Positions 8,736 through 17,963 of a stretch of DNA of 64,000 nt are shown here, piece after piece (within the stretch, counting starts at the first letter, position 1; the number at the start of each line of letters is the position of its first letter). A program made the translations under genes and the position numbers. This stretch comes from an uncultured Actinomycetota bacterium (GTDB taxonomy: Bacteria > Actinomycetota > UBA4738 > HRBIN12). Where the stretch lies: positions 561 to 64,560 of the forward strand of contig CAVRUS010000011.1 of assembly GCA_963724415.1 (NCBI GenBank), written 5' to 3'. The notes beneath the pieces were generated by a model. That model was given only the letters and a program-made list of their open reading frames with translations. It searched no databases and had not been told where the DNA came from.

Positions 8736-9545
8736 GTGGCGAGACTCGCGAGGACACGCGAAGCGATGGCCCCGAGGCGAGGCGTGCGCCTGCACCCGGT
8801 CGAGGTGAAGGACGGCAAGGCGTTCATCGGAACGAGACATATCCACCTCGGTCGTCGGAAGGACAAGAAGGATCCTCGCGACAGGATCGCGAGCCTTCCG
8901 CGACCGAGGCGAGCCACTGCGGTCCAGCTTCCCGACTTCAGATACTGGGCCGATTCCGTGTGGCGAGGCGATCAAGGGTCGTTCCCTCATTGCGTCGCGT
9001 ACTCGGCCGTCCATCGGATCGAGAACTCGCCGACGACATATCCGGCGTCCGGCCCGGTGGTCGCTCCGACGGACGTCTACGCGCGGGCGCAGCAGATCGA
9101 CGAGTGGCCGGGTGAGGCCTACGACGGAACCTCCGTGCGTGCCGGCGCGAAAGTGATGTTGGAGAAGGGTTTCATCTCGGAGTACCAGCGGATCACGTCG
9201 CTCCAGGAGCTCATCGACTTCCTTCGTTCGCCAGCGTCCGCGGGCGGCGGACCCGTGTTGATCGGGATCGACTGGCACGAGGACATGTTCTCGCCCGTCT
9301 ACGAGCAGGACGCGCTCGGCGACTATCGATGGCTGCTGATACCCACAGGGGCGGTCTCCGGCGGACATGCCGTCCTCGTGAACGGGGTCAACGTTCCTCG
9401 GGAGACGTTCAGGATCCTGAACTCATGGGGCCGTGACTGGGGCGTCGACGGCCGGGCGTCGATCCGCTTCGCCGACATGGATGACCTCCTGTTCTCGCAG
9501 GGTGGAGACGCCTGGAGGTACGTCGAGCAGCGCTCTGCGACGTGA
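8736..9545 (+). CDS. papain-like (C1 family) cysteine peptidase
   Basis: DQGSFPHCVAYSA matches Gln19/Cys25 of papain, GGHAVLVNGVN matches His159, and NSWGRDWGVDGRASIRF matches Asn175 of the NSWG motif. GTG 8736 has an upstream GGGAGG; ATG 8766 is the alternative start. Confidence 0.8.
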   Translation: MARLARTREAMAPRRGVRLHPVEVKDGKAFIGTRHIHLGRRKDKKDPRDRIASLPRPRRATAVQLPDFRYWADSVWRGDQGSFPHCVAYSAVHRIENSPTTYPASGPVVAPTDVYARAQQIDEWPGEAYDGTSVRAGAKVMLEKGFISEYQRITSLQELIDFLRSPASAGGGPVLIGIDWHEDMFSPVYEQDALGDYRWLLIPTGAVSGGHAVLVNGVNVPRETFRILNSWGRDWGVDGRASIRFADMDDLLFSQGGDAWRYVEQRSAT

Positions 9546-9586
9546 AGCAGGTCTGACGTGGAGCACACGCTGAGGGGGGCTCGCTG

Positions 9587-10531
9587 ATGGACTGGCCTGT
9601 GGTCGAGGTCGTGATCGGACTTTCGTTCATGTTCTTCTTGATCAGCATCGTCGCGTCCGCGACGAACGAGGCGATCGCCGGCATCTTCAAGTTGCGTGCG
9701 CGTTCGCTCGAGCAGGGCATCAAGAACCTCCTCACAGGCTCGACCGTTCCGGCCGCCAGGGTGGATCTCGAGATCGTCAGGAAGCTCTACGACCACGCGC
9801 TCGTGAACGGGTATCAGAAAGGCACCGACAAGAAGGAGCCCAAGCACGAACACGAGGATGCCTACAAGGGCGGGCCTTCGTACCTGTCTTCACGTTCGTT
9901 CCGGAACGCGCTCCTCGACATCACCGAGTTGCTCGAGGCGACGGCCGACCCCGCCGACGACCCGATCCCCGTGAAGGAACTCCGCGAGGCGGTCGAGGCG
10001 AAGATCAACGACCTGCCGAGCCACCTCAAGCACTCGCTGATGGCGATCTGGAGGTCCGCCAACAAGGATGCGGCCGAGTTCCGCGAGGGCGTGGAGCGAT
10101 GGTTCGATCGCGGCATGGAGCGCGTCTCCGGCTGGTACAAGCGACGGACGCAGGTGATCCTATTCGTGGTTGGGTTCGTCGTTGCGATCGCGATCAACGC
10201 GAGCGCGCTCACGGCAGCGGACCAGCTCTGGAAGGACGACGGGCTCCGGAAGGGCCTCGTTGCTCAAGCGGATCAGCAACAGGAGTCCGTCGAGGGGACG
10301 ACTGCGCTGGAACAACTCAGAGAGCTCGAGTTCCCGATCGGGTGGGGGGAATCGACTCGGCCGGACGACGTCGGAGGGTGGTTGCTCGCGATCGTCGGAT
10401 GGGTGATCACCGGTCTCGCTGTCACGCTCGGCGCGCCGTTCTGGTTCGACGCGCTCGGGAAGGTGAGCAACCTCCGGGCGGCGGGCGCCAAACCAACCAG
10501 TTCGGTCACCCCGCCAACGTCGACGAAGTAG
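9587..10531 (+). CDS. hypothetical membrane protein
   Basis: 314-aa ORF with the SD GAGGGGGG. It has N- and C-terminal TM helices and somewhat lower GC than its surroundings. Confidence 0.6.
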   Translation: MDWPVVEVVIGLSFMFFLISIVASATNEAIAGIFKLRARSLEQGIKNLLTGSTVPAARVDLEIVRKLYDHALVNGYQKGTDKKEPKHEHEDAYKGGPSYLSSRSFRNALLDITELLEATADPADDPIPVKELREAVEAKINDLPSHLKHSLMAIWRSANKDAAEFREGVERWFDRGMERVSGWYKRRTQVILFVVGFVVAIAINASALTAADQLWKDDGLRKGLVAQADQQQESVEGTTALEQLRELEFPIGWGESTRPDDVGGWLLAIVGWVITGLAVTLGAPFWFDALGKVSNLRAAGAKPTSSVTPPTSTK

Positions 10532-10647
10532 GTCGCGGAGGTGAAGCTCAACATCGAGTCGCCCTGATGCGACCTCCGCTCAGAGGACGTTCCGAAGCAT
10601 CGTCGGCGTCGCGTCTTCTTCCGGCGTCTCGCCCTCTGACTTCTGCT

Positions 10648-11685
10648 TCAGATAGCGATCGCTGAACTCGGTGTTGAGCTCGACCCACATCGGGAGGTGA
10701 TCGGACATCTGGTAAGTGCGCCAATCCCGGTAGTAGCGCTCCTTGCCTGCTTCATCGCGGTGTTGCCCCTGGACGACGTCTCATAGGCGCCGCCCATGTC
10801 GTCGATGTAGGTCATCTCGTCGTCGTCTTTGTACACCGAGTCGTAGTAGTTGAAGACGCCGCCCTTCGCCTCCTTGAGCTGATCGGCAGCATCCATCGTG
10901 ATGAATGCGATCTGGTCATAGAACTTCGTGCGCGGCGCGTTGGACGGAAGCTCCTTGAGTCCTTCCGGCACGACGAACCCCGCATCGAGGAGGGCCTTCA
11001 TCGTCAGGTCCTCCGGCGAGAAGATGTTGAAGTCTCCGAGCAGGATCATGTTGGGAGCCCACGCGAACGGCTCGTTCGCACGCGCGGCGAGGAACTCCGC
11101 GAGCAGACCGATCTCAGCCACGCGACGCGGATCCTCCGCCACAGCGCTGCCATACAGGATGTGCGTGGTGCAGATCGTGAACGCGAACCAGCCGACCCGG
11201 AATCCGACGATGAACGGCGTCCGGGCGAGCTGGTCGGCGGGGCGGTACTCGCCTCCTCCCATCGCGATCGGGGGGATCACGACCTCGCCGGCGAGGCCGC
11301 CGAAGGAGACCTTGCGTTCGTCGTACAGGAACGCCATGCGTTCCTAGTTGCCCGGCATCCCTTCCGTGACGTCGGTGAGGATGTACCGCCACCACCGGCC
11401 GAGGTAGTAGCGGAGTCGGTTCAGTGCTTGCAGATCGTCGCGGACCTCCTGGATCGCGACGACGTCGAATCGGCTGACGATCTCCGCGATATATAGGAGC
11501 GACTCCTGTGACCGCTCGCCGTACTTGGGCGAGTCGAACTCCCGGATGTTCCACGTCGCGAGGAGCAGGTTGTCGATCGTGCGACGTGGGATCTGGTGAT
11601 CGAGCTCGTCCTTGACCGTAAGGAGGCGATCGGCCGTTCGACGATCGCGATCACTGGCCGGGTCCAGGTCCGTGTATGAGGGCAT
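10648..11685 (-). pseudogene. endonuclease/exonuclease/phosphatase (EEP) family protein interrupted by an in-frame TAG at 11341-11343
   Basis: The N-part LLATWNIREF (11344-11685) and the C-part MILLGDFNIFSPED (10648-11337) are in the same frame, separated by a single amber codon (..GMPGN*ERMAFLY..). Confidence 0.7.
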
Positions 11686-11690
11686 GGTCC

Positions 11691-12734
11691 TCAGCCGATA
11701 ACCGGTGAGCCACTCACCGACTGGCTCGGCGACTGGCAATCGACGAAGGCATCGATTCGCATCGGCTCCGAGGGCGAGCTGGTCGAGCCGCTCGTGTTCG
11801 AGCCAGTCACCACAACGCGAACGGCGGGGCAATCGCTCGTCGTCGGGGTGTAGGAAGACATCGTAGCTCCGACGATATCCGTGCAGCCGTCCGGACCGTC
11901 CTCAGAGCGACAGGCGCCCTGCCACTGGTACGTGAGGTCCGGCGGGGGTGAGCCAGCCCAATCGCCTCCGATCGCCACGAAGGTCGGTTCACGATCGTCG
12001 ATGAAGGGTTCTCCTTGGGGAAGCGGGATGAGGCCGAGGGCGGCTGCCTGCTGGGCGAAGACCACCTCGTCTGGCGGGTTGAAATTGACGCTGACGAGCC
12101 TTGACTCTCCCGTGTCGAACGAGTGCTCGAGACCCATCCCCGGAGGGATCAGCCACGTCTGACCGTTCGGATCGATGGCCTCTACCGACCCCGCGAAGGT
12201 GGAGACCACGAACACGGGGTCGGCGTCGCAGGTCGTGCTGATCTGTACTGCGTCTGAGACCAGGAGCGTCCCCAAGCCGCAGAGGTCTTCTTGGCCACCG
12301 GCCTTGAACGTGCACAGTGCCCGACCACCGAGGATCCGGAACACCGTATTTTCCTGTTCGCGGGTGACCGCCGAGGCGATCTTCCCGGTCCCTGGGTCTT
12401 GACTGAATTGACACAGGGCGAGCTGACCGAACGCGAGGTCGACCACTCCGCTTCGGTCCACCCGCAGCCGCGTCAGGCAGGCGACCTGTCGGCGTTCCGT
12501 GAGTTCCGCAAAGGAGCCGCCGTCCGGCGGCAGGATCTCGATGAGTCCGCCGCCTGGATCTGCGAAGTCGTCATCGAACACGCACTCGGGTGAGTCCGAG
12601 TCGGTGGGCGACGGGGTCGCTGTCGTGGTCGACGTCTGCGTGTTCGACGGGGTGTTCGAACCCGATCCTCCCCCGGCGCAAGCCGCGAGCAGAACGAACT
12701 GCGCGACGAGGACGATCGAGCGCTTACCCCACAC
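11691..12734 (-). CDS. putative secreted lipoprotein (LLAAC lipobox), Cys-rich
   Basis: GTG start with an upstream GGAGG. N-terminal MWGKRSIVLVAQFVLLAACAGG followed by a Thr/Ser-rich linker. Confidence 0.6.
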   Translation of the reverse strand: MWGKRSIVLVAQFVLLAACAGGGSGSNTPSNTQTSTTTATPSPTDSDSPECVFDDDFADPGGGLIEILPPDGGSFAELTERRQVACLTRLRVDRSGVVDLAFGQLALCQFSQDPGTGKIASAVTREQENTVFRILGGRALCTFKAGGQEDLCGLGTLLVSDAVQISTTCDADPVFVVSTFAGSVEAIDPNGQTWLIPPGMGLEHSFDTGESRLVSVNFNPPDEVVFAQQAAALGLIPLPQGEPFIDDREPTFVAIGGDWAGSPPPDLTYQWQGACRSEDGPDGCTDIVGATMSSYTPTTSDCPAVRVVVTGSNTSGSTSSPSEPMRIDAFVDCQSPSQSVSGSPVIG

Positions 12735-12827
12735 TCACGTGCCTCCGACGGTGCCAGGCGTCAACGAGTGCCTTCTCCCAGCGCCGCAGGCTGGCCATCA
12801 GGCCTTGCACAGCCACGCCGAGCGGCG

Positions 12828-14277
12828 TTACCACGAACACCCCGACGAAACCTCCCAACAACGGGACGATGATTCCCGGGTCGCGATCCACTCGGACGGG
12901 ACGAGCTCGCCCGTTTCGGTCAGAGCGCTCGTGGTGGTGACCGAGTGCATGAAGAGCGATTGCTGTCCAGTTTCAAGTTTGAGAGTGGCAGCGAACGGAT
13001 CGCTGGGATCGGCCTCGAGCGTGAGGACCGCGGGCGACGAGAACGCAGTCGCATCGCCGGGGGATAGGACGATCTGTCCCGAGAGTCCCTCCAGATCGGC
13101 GCGCGCCCCGTAGGCTTTCAGGGTCAACCCGTCGACGGAGCGGAGCTCGAACGTTGGCGGAACACCTCCCTCGCCCGACCCGATGACCAGATGAAGTGAG
13201 CCCTCGCATCGGGTCACCGCTTCCTCGCCCGTGAACTCGACCAGCGACGTGAGGTCTCCTCGCGATACCTCGAGCGTGACGCCTGGCCCGGGCGCACTGA
13301 AGCACAGACTCGGCGTCGATCGCGTGCGGGTGAAGAGCGCGACCCCGATGGGATCCGGGAGCGAGCCGAAGGGCGCGATGTCAAGGCTCCGCCCTTCTAC
13401 CCTGGCGCCGCCGCTGGAAACGTATTGCGGGCTCGACCACGTGAGCTCGACTGGCGTCCTCGCGATCCGGACCTCTCCGTCCACGCACTCGCCATCTAGG
13501 TCGTCCGCCAACCTGTCGCATCTCGTGTCCGGCAGCGGAAGGAGGACCACCGCCGTTCCGTCCGTCGCCCCGCTTACCGCGAGCTCTCGGACGTATCCGC
13601 CCTCGAGCGACCAGCGTACGGATCCGGGACCTCCCCTCATCGTGAGGTGACGGAGCGTCGTGACGCTCTGCGTCGTCACGGTGGCCGCCACCGGCGGTCG
13701 CCAGTCGTGGAGCACGTTGTACCCGGTGATGGCAAGGCTCGCGCCCACCATCGCGAGGATCAAGGCGAGGACGCCTGAGGTGCTCGATGCCTGGGGCCGA
13801 GATTCCCGAAATGCGCTCGCGAGGATCGCACGATCCTCAGGGGTGAAGACTGGCCGTCGCGCGCCACCCCAGAACTCGTCGTGTTCCTGGAGATCGGAGG
13901 GGTAGATCCACGCCTCCTTCACCCGTCCATTGGCCATCGAGAACCGGACGCATTGCCGATCGCTCAACGCCCGCCCGTTCCTGGAGGCCGTGAGGTGTTG
14001 CCACGCCACCAGGTCCGGTCCGCGCTCCGATACGTCCTCGAGCTCGATCCGGACGCTGTCGTCCGAGAGTTCGCCGAGCGAACGGAAGTACGCATCGATC
14101 TTCTCGACGCCGGCGAACGTCCCTGCGACGCGGCTGCGTCCCGGGACGTGCAGGACGGCGTCCGGCGCGAAGACGAGATCTCCCCGCGAATCGCCACTGA
14201 GGAACGAGGCGTAGTCGCGCTCGAAGTCTGAGCGTCGGCGCGACCGCGCCGGTTGGCGGGTTCGTCCACAGCGCACG
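12828..14277 (-). CDS. SnoaL/NTF2-like domain / TM / extracytoplasmic domain protein (start uncertain)
   Basis: DYASFLSGDSRGDLVFAPDAVLHV...ANGRVKEAWIYPSD is a SnoaL-like fold, followed by the TM helix VLALILAMVGASLAITGY and a domain of about 300 aa. The upstream 130 aa of ORF 12828-14630 are RG-rich and rejected. The GTG at 14277 is a guess. Confidence 0.55.
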
Positions 14278-14593
14278 ATGGTTCGCCCCCTGGTCGATGC
14301 GCTCCGGAGTCTGCTACCGATGGGAACCGACGTCCCGTGGTTCTTTCGGGGGACAGAGGAAGCACTATTGATTCGGCATGACGTAGGCGTACGGTCACGG
14401 AGCGGGGGTGGACCGTGGCGTTCGATTTCGCGTACGAGCAGGAGCTCGAGAACGAGGCTCGCGGACGGGCCCGGGCTGGAAGCCGGGGACGCCTCTCCGC
14501 ACCCGACCCTCCGACTACCCAGGAACCATCGTTCCACTCGTGGTCCAGGGGGAGACGCTCGGGGGATACGTCTTCGATGAAAGGAGGCCCTGA

Positions 14594-15298
14594 TTGAACG
14601 CTTACGAGCAGGGGCAGTGGCGAGCGACACATAAGAACGGACAGATCCCTCGTGGTGAGCTCGCGGAGATCCCCGGCGATCAAGACAAGGATCTCCTAGG
14701 GCCGGCCCTCATGCATCCCGAGGCCACATGGAACTTCCAACGCATGCGGGAGGCGGCCAAGCACGTCGGCGTGAACCTGGAGATCTCGTACAGCTACCGC
14801 ACCTACGAGAAGCAGGTGCACAAATACGAGATCTTCAAGAACGGCGGGAATCTCGCCGCCACCCCCGGCACCTCGAATCACGGGTGGGGCCTCGCGCTGG
14901 ATCTCAGCATCCCCGAGTACCCGGCGGCGAATAGCAACGCGCAGTTCAAGTGGCTAAAGGCCAATGCTCTTCGATTCGGTTTCCACAATAACGATGCTTC
15001 GTCCGAACCATGGCATTGGGACTACGAAGGCGGACATCCTATGGAGGAGGACCAGATGACCCCGGAAGAGAAGGCGGAGTTCGAGGAACTGAAGAAGTTG
15101 GTCGCGGACCACGAGAAGCTCATCACGGCGTTGCGCGAGGGTTTGGGCTCGGCCGACGACCCCGCGGCGTTCTTGGGGGCAGGCAACCGCGTCGCGACTT
15201 CGGTTCGGAGGTCCGAAGAGGAGAAGAAGGAAAACAGCGACGGTGATGATGGGGCGAAGAAGGCAAAGGGTGCCAAGGGTGTGAAGACGCCAGGCTGA
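14594..15298 (+). CDS. M15B/VanY-like D-Ala-D-Ala carboxypeptidase (peptidoglycan peptidase)
   Basis: Motifs SNHGWGLALDL and SEPWHWDY. TTG start with AAGGAGG 6 nt upstream. GC is clearly lower, with a Lys-rich tail. Confidence 0.8.
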   Translation: MNAYEQGQWRATHKNGQIPRGELAEIPGDQDKDLLGPALMHPEATWNFQRMREAAKHVGVNLEISYSYRTYEKQVHKYEIFKNGGNLAATPGTSNHGWGLALDLSIPEYPAANSNAQFKWLKANALRFGFHNNDASSEPWHWDYEGGHPMEEDQMTPEEKAEFEELKKLVADHEKLITALREGLGSADDPAAFLGAGNRVATSVRRSEEEKKENSDGDDGAKKAKGAKGVKTPG

Positions 15299-15334
15299 AC
15301 AGTGCCCTTCCGGTCGGCGCCGAACGAGAGGGCG

Positions 15335-16165
15335 ATGTCCGATCCATCGACTCTGCCGATGAGAGGCAGTGGCACGATGCGAGCAGAGGCGGAACGGCTC
15401 GCGTGCTTCCCTGGGGAACGGCTCGAGTTCCGCGCGTGGCCTGGATCCAACCGCCGGGACGAGGACATCGAGTGGTCGGGGGGTGGTGCCCCCACCGCGG
15501 CGAGCGGCCGCACGTTCCGTTCATCGTTCGAACGCGCCGGCGCCCACACCGTTCGCGCTCGCTGCGGCGAGGCAGCGGTCGAGTTCGTCGTCACCGTGTG
15601 CCCTGTGGCCGACTGGATCGCGGAGGCGGCCGAGTTCTACGGACCGTCCCTCGACCTCGAGGGCATCCGCGTCAAGTCCAGCCGTTTGGTCCTGGGCAAG
15701 AGTGGCACGGGTTTCACCTGCAACCGGGTGATCCGTTTCAAGCGGCCACGGACCGAAGCGGATCTCCCCTCATCGTCCACCCTCGTGCACGAGCTCGGCC
15801 ACGTCTGGGAGCACCAGGACGGACGCGCGCAACTGGTGCGCGGGCTCGTCGAGCAGGTGGGGAGATGGTTCGGGCGGGATCCGTACGACTACGGCGGTCC
15901 GGCTGGCACGGCTGCGACGACGGACCTGTCGTCGCTGCGTCTGGAGAGCCAGGCGCAGATCATCCAGGAACTGTGGCGAGCTCGCCACGGCGCTCCCGAG
16001 GACAGGCGTGAGAACGCCTTCACGCCCACCTACGTCGCAGACCTGCAGCGGCTCGTCGACGGGGCGGGGATCGGCACGAGGCCACCCCGTGGGAGGACGG
16101 CCGCGTCCACGATCGACGGTGTCGTCGCAGGAATCGTCAACGTCGTGGTAGACCTCGCGGGTTGA
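15335..16165 (+). CDS. HExxH zincin-like protein (DUF4157-like)
   Basis: TLVHELGHVWEHQDG resembles the HELxHVxQ signature. The ATG at 15335 is preceded by GAGAGGG. Confidence 0.5.
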   Translation: MSDPSTLPMRGSGTMRAEAERLACFPGERLEFRAWPGSNRRDEDIEWSGGGAPTAASGRTFRSSFERAGAHTVRARCGEAAVEFVVTVCPVADWIAEAAEFYGPSLDLEGIRVKSSRLVLGKSGTGFTCNRVIRFKRPRTEADLPSSSTLVHELGHVWEHQDGRAQLVRGLVEQVGRWFGRDPYDYGGPAGTAATTDLSSLRLESQAQIIQELWRARHGAPEDRRENAFTPTYVADLQRLVDGAGIGTRPPRGRTAASTIDGVVAGIVNVVVDLAG

Positions 16166-16194
16166 CGGATCACGTCGCGGGAAGGGAGCGATCC

Positions 16195-17962
16195 ATGACC
16201 GACGAGCACCATCGAGCGGGCGCCTCAGAGGCTCCTCCACGACCGAAGGATGAGTCCGGGCCCGAGCTGGAATTCACTCGACGCCCGCGGATGGTCCGGT
16301 GGCTGTCGCCGACGCAGCTCGTTCACACGGGACGTCAGGCGCTCTTCGCCGTCCTGATGTCGGGCTACTCGGACAAGCGAGAGATCCAAGCGGCGCTCCC
16401 GTCGCCGGGTGTCGTCGACCGCTCCGACAACGACGCGATCTGGATCGACTTCGTCTCCGACCTCGGTGACGGCTTCAATCCCACGTACACGCTCGCATAC
16501 CTTCTGGCCAAGCCGTCCCTCGATCTTCCCGATCCCAAGCCCCGCGGAAGCATCCTCGTGATGGGCGGCGATCAGGTGTATCCGGTCGCGAGCCAGAAGC
16601 GCTATCGGAACAAGCTGGTCGGTCCGTTCCGAGCAGCGCTCCCGTACCTCGCCGAGGATGAGCCGGAGCTGTTCGTCGTCCCGGGCAACCACGATTGGTT
16701 CGACGGGCTCACGTCGTTCATGCGCGCCTTTTGCCAACGGGGATGGGTCGGAGCGTGGAGGATGCAGCAGACGCGCTCGTACTTCGCGGTCAAGCTCCCG
16801 CATCACTGGTGGCTCTGGGGAGTGGACATCCAGTTCGACAATTACATCGACTGGCCCCAGCTCGAATACTTCCTCACGGTGGCCGAGGGCGTGCAGAAAG
16901 GCGACGGGGTCATCGTCTGTCTCGCCAAGCCGAGCTGGGTCGACGCGAACGCCGCGGAACCCAACCCTGGATCCGGACGTGTATGCGACGTTCGACTACC
17001 TCGAGCGGAAGGCGATCATCGCCCGCGGAGCGTCGATCCCGCTGGCGATCAGCGGCGACCGGCATCACTATGCCCGGTACGAGGAACGCTCCGACGGACA
17101 TCGTCAGCGCATCACGTGTGGAAGCGGCGGTGCCTTCCTCTCCGATACCCACGGCCTTCCCGATCCGATCGTGGTGCCGCATCCAGAGGCGAGCAGACGA
17201 TCCCCCACGCCGCCAAGCACCTACTCGCTCGAGAAGCGCTACCCGGAGAAGCGCGACTCCATCAAGCAGGCGCGGCTCCATGTCTGGTCCCTGCTCTGGC
17301 GCAATGACGCGTTCCCGGTGCTCGTCGGCGCCGTGGCCTTCGTCTTCGCTTTGCTGGGACGAGGCGCGATCGCTCAGGGCGGGCAGTCGCTCTGGGCGAT
17401 GCCCGATGACTGGTGGCGGCGCGTCCTCACGTGCCTCATCGCCGGGTTGCTCCTCCTCGCGCTGGTCGGGTTCACGAAACACGCGCAGCTCCTCCGTGCC
17501 TGGGGGCTCGGGCTTCTCCACACGGTCATGCATCTCGCAGCGATCGCCGCCACTGCGTGGGCGGCCAGTGGCATCGTGCACGCCTGGGGGCCCGGTCTCT
17601 CGAAGGACTGGCATATCGGCCTGACGCTCGGCGGCACCTTCGTGCTGTATGCGATCGTGGGCTGCGAGATCTTCGCCCTCTATCTCCTGATCGCCGACGG
17701 ATTCCGCATGAACCGTACGGAGCTCTTCGCCGCGATGCGGGTGCAGGACCGCAAGGGCTTCCTGCGGATGAAGATCGACGCTGAGGGGTGCACCGTCCAT
17801 CCCGTGAAGGTCGAGAAGGTCCCTCGGAAGTGGCGGTTGCAGCCCACGGGCGGACCCAGTGACCCGTGGTTCACGCCCGTCGACCGCCGATCCGGTCCCG
17901 GAGCTGATCGAGCCACCGTTCCTCGTCCCTCGTGGTGGTCCGGAACCTCGGAGGGGAGCTGA
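16195..17962 (+). pseudogene. calcineurin-like metallophosphoesterase with C-terminal membrane region, frameshifted near 16950-16975
   Basis: GDQVYP and GNHDW are in frame 1. SGDRHHYARY and four TM helices are in another frame (ORF 16658-17962). The total length is not a multiple of 3. Confidence 0.7.
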
Positions 17963-17963
17963 C

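Noticed and set aside
8549-9115. 188-aa ORF
   Set aside because: Overlaps the papain-like peptidase gene in a different frame. Low-complexity.
12828-14630. N-terminal extensions of ORFs 12828-14630, 20405-22144, 22901-24391 and 49492-52053
   Set aside because: The extensions are RG-rich, overlap neighbouring genes and precede the first recognisable signal or domain. Later starts were chosen.
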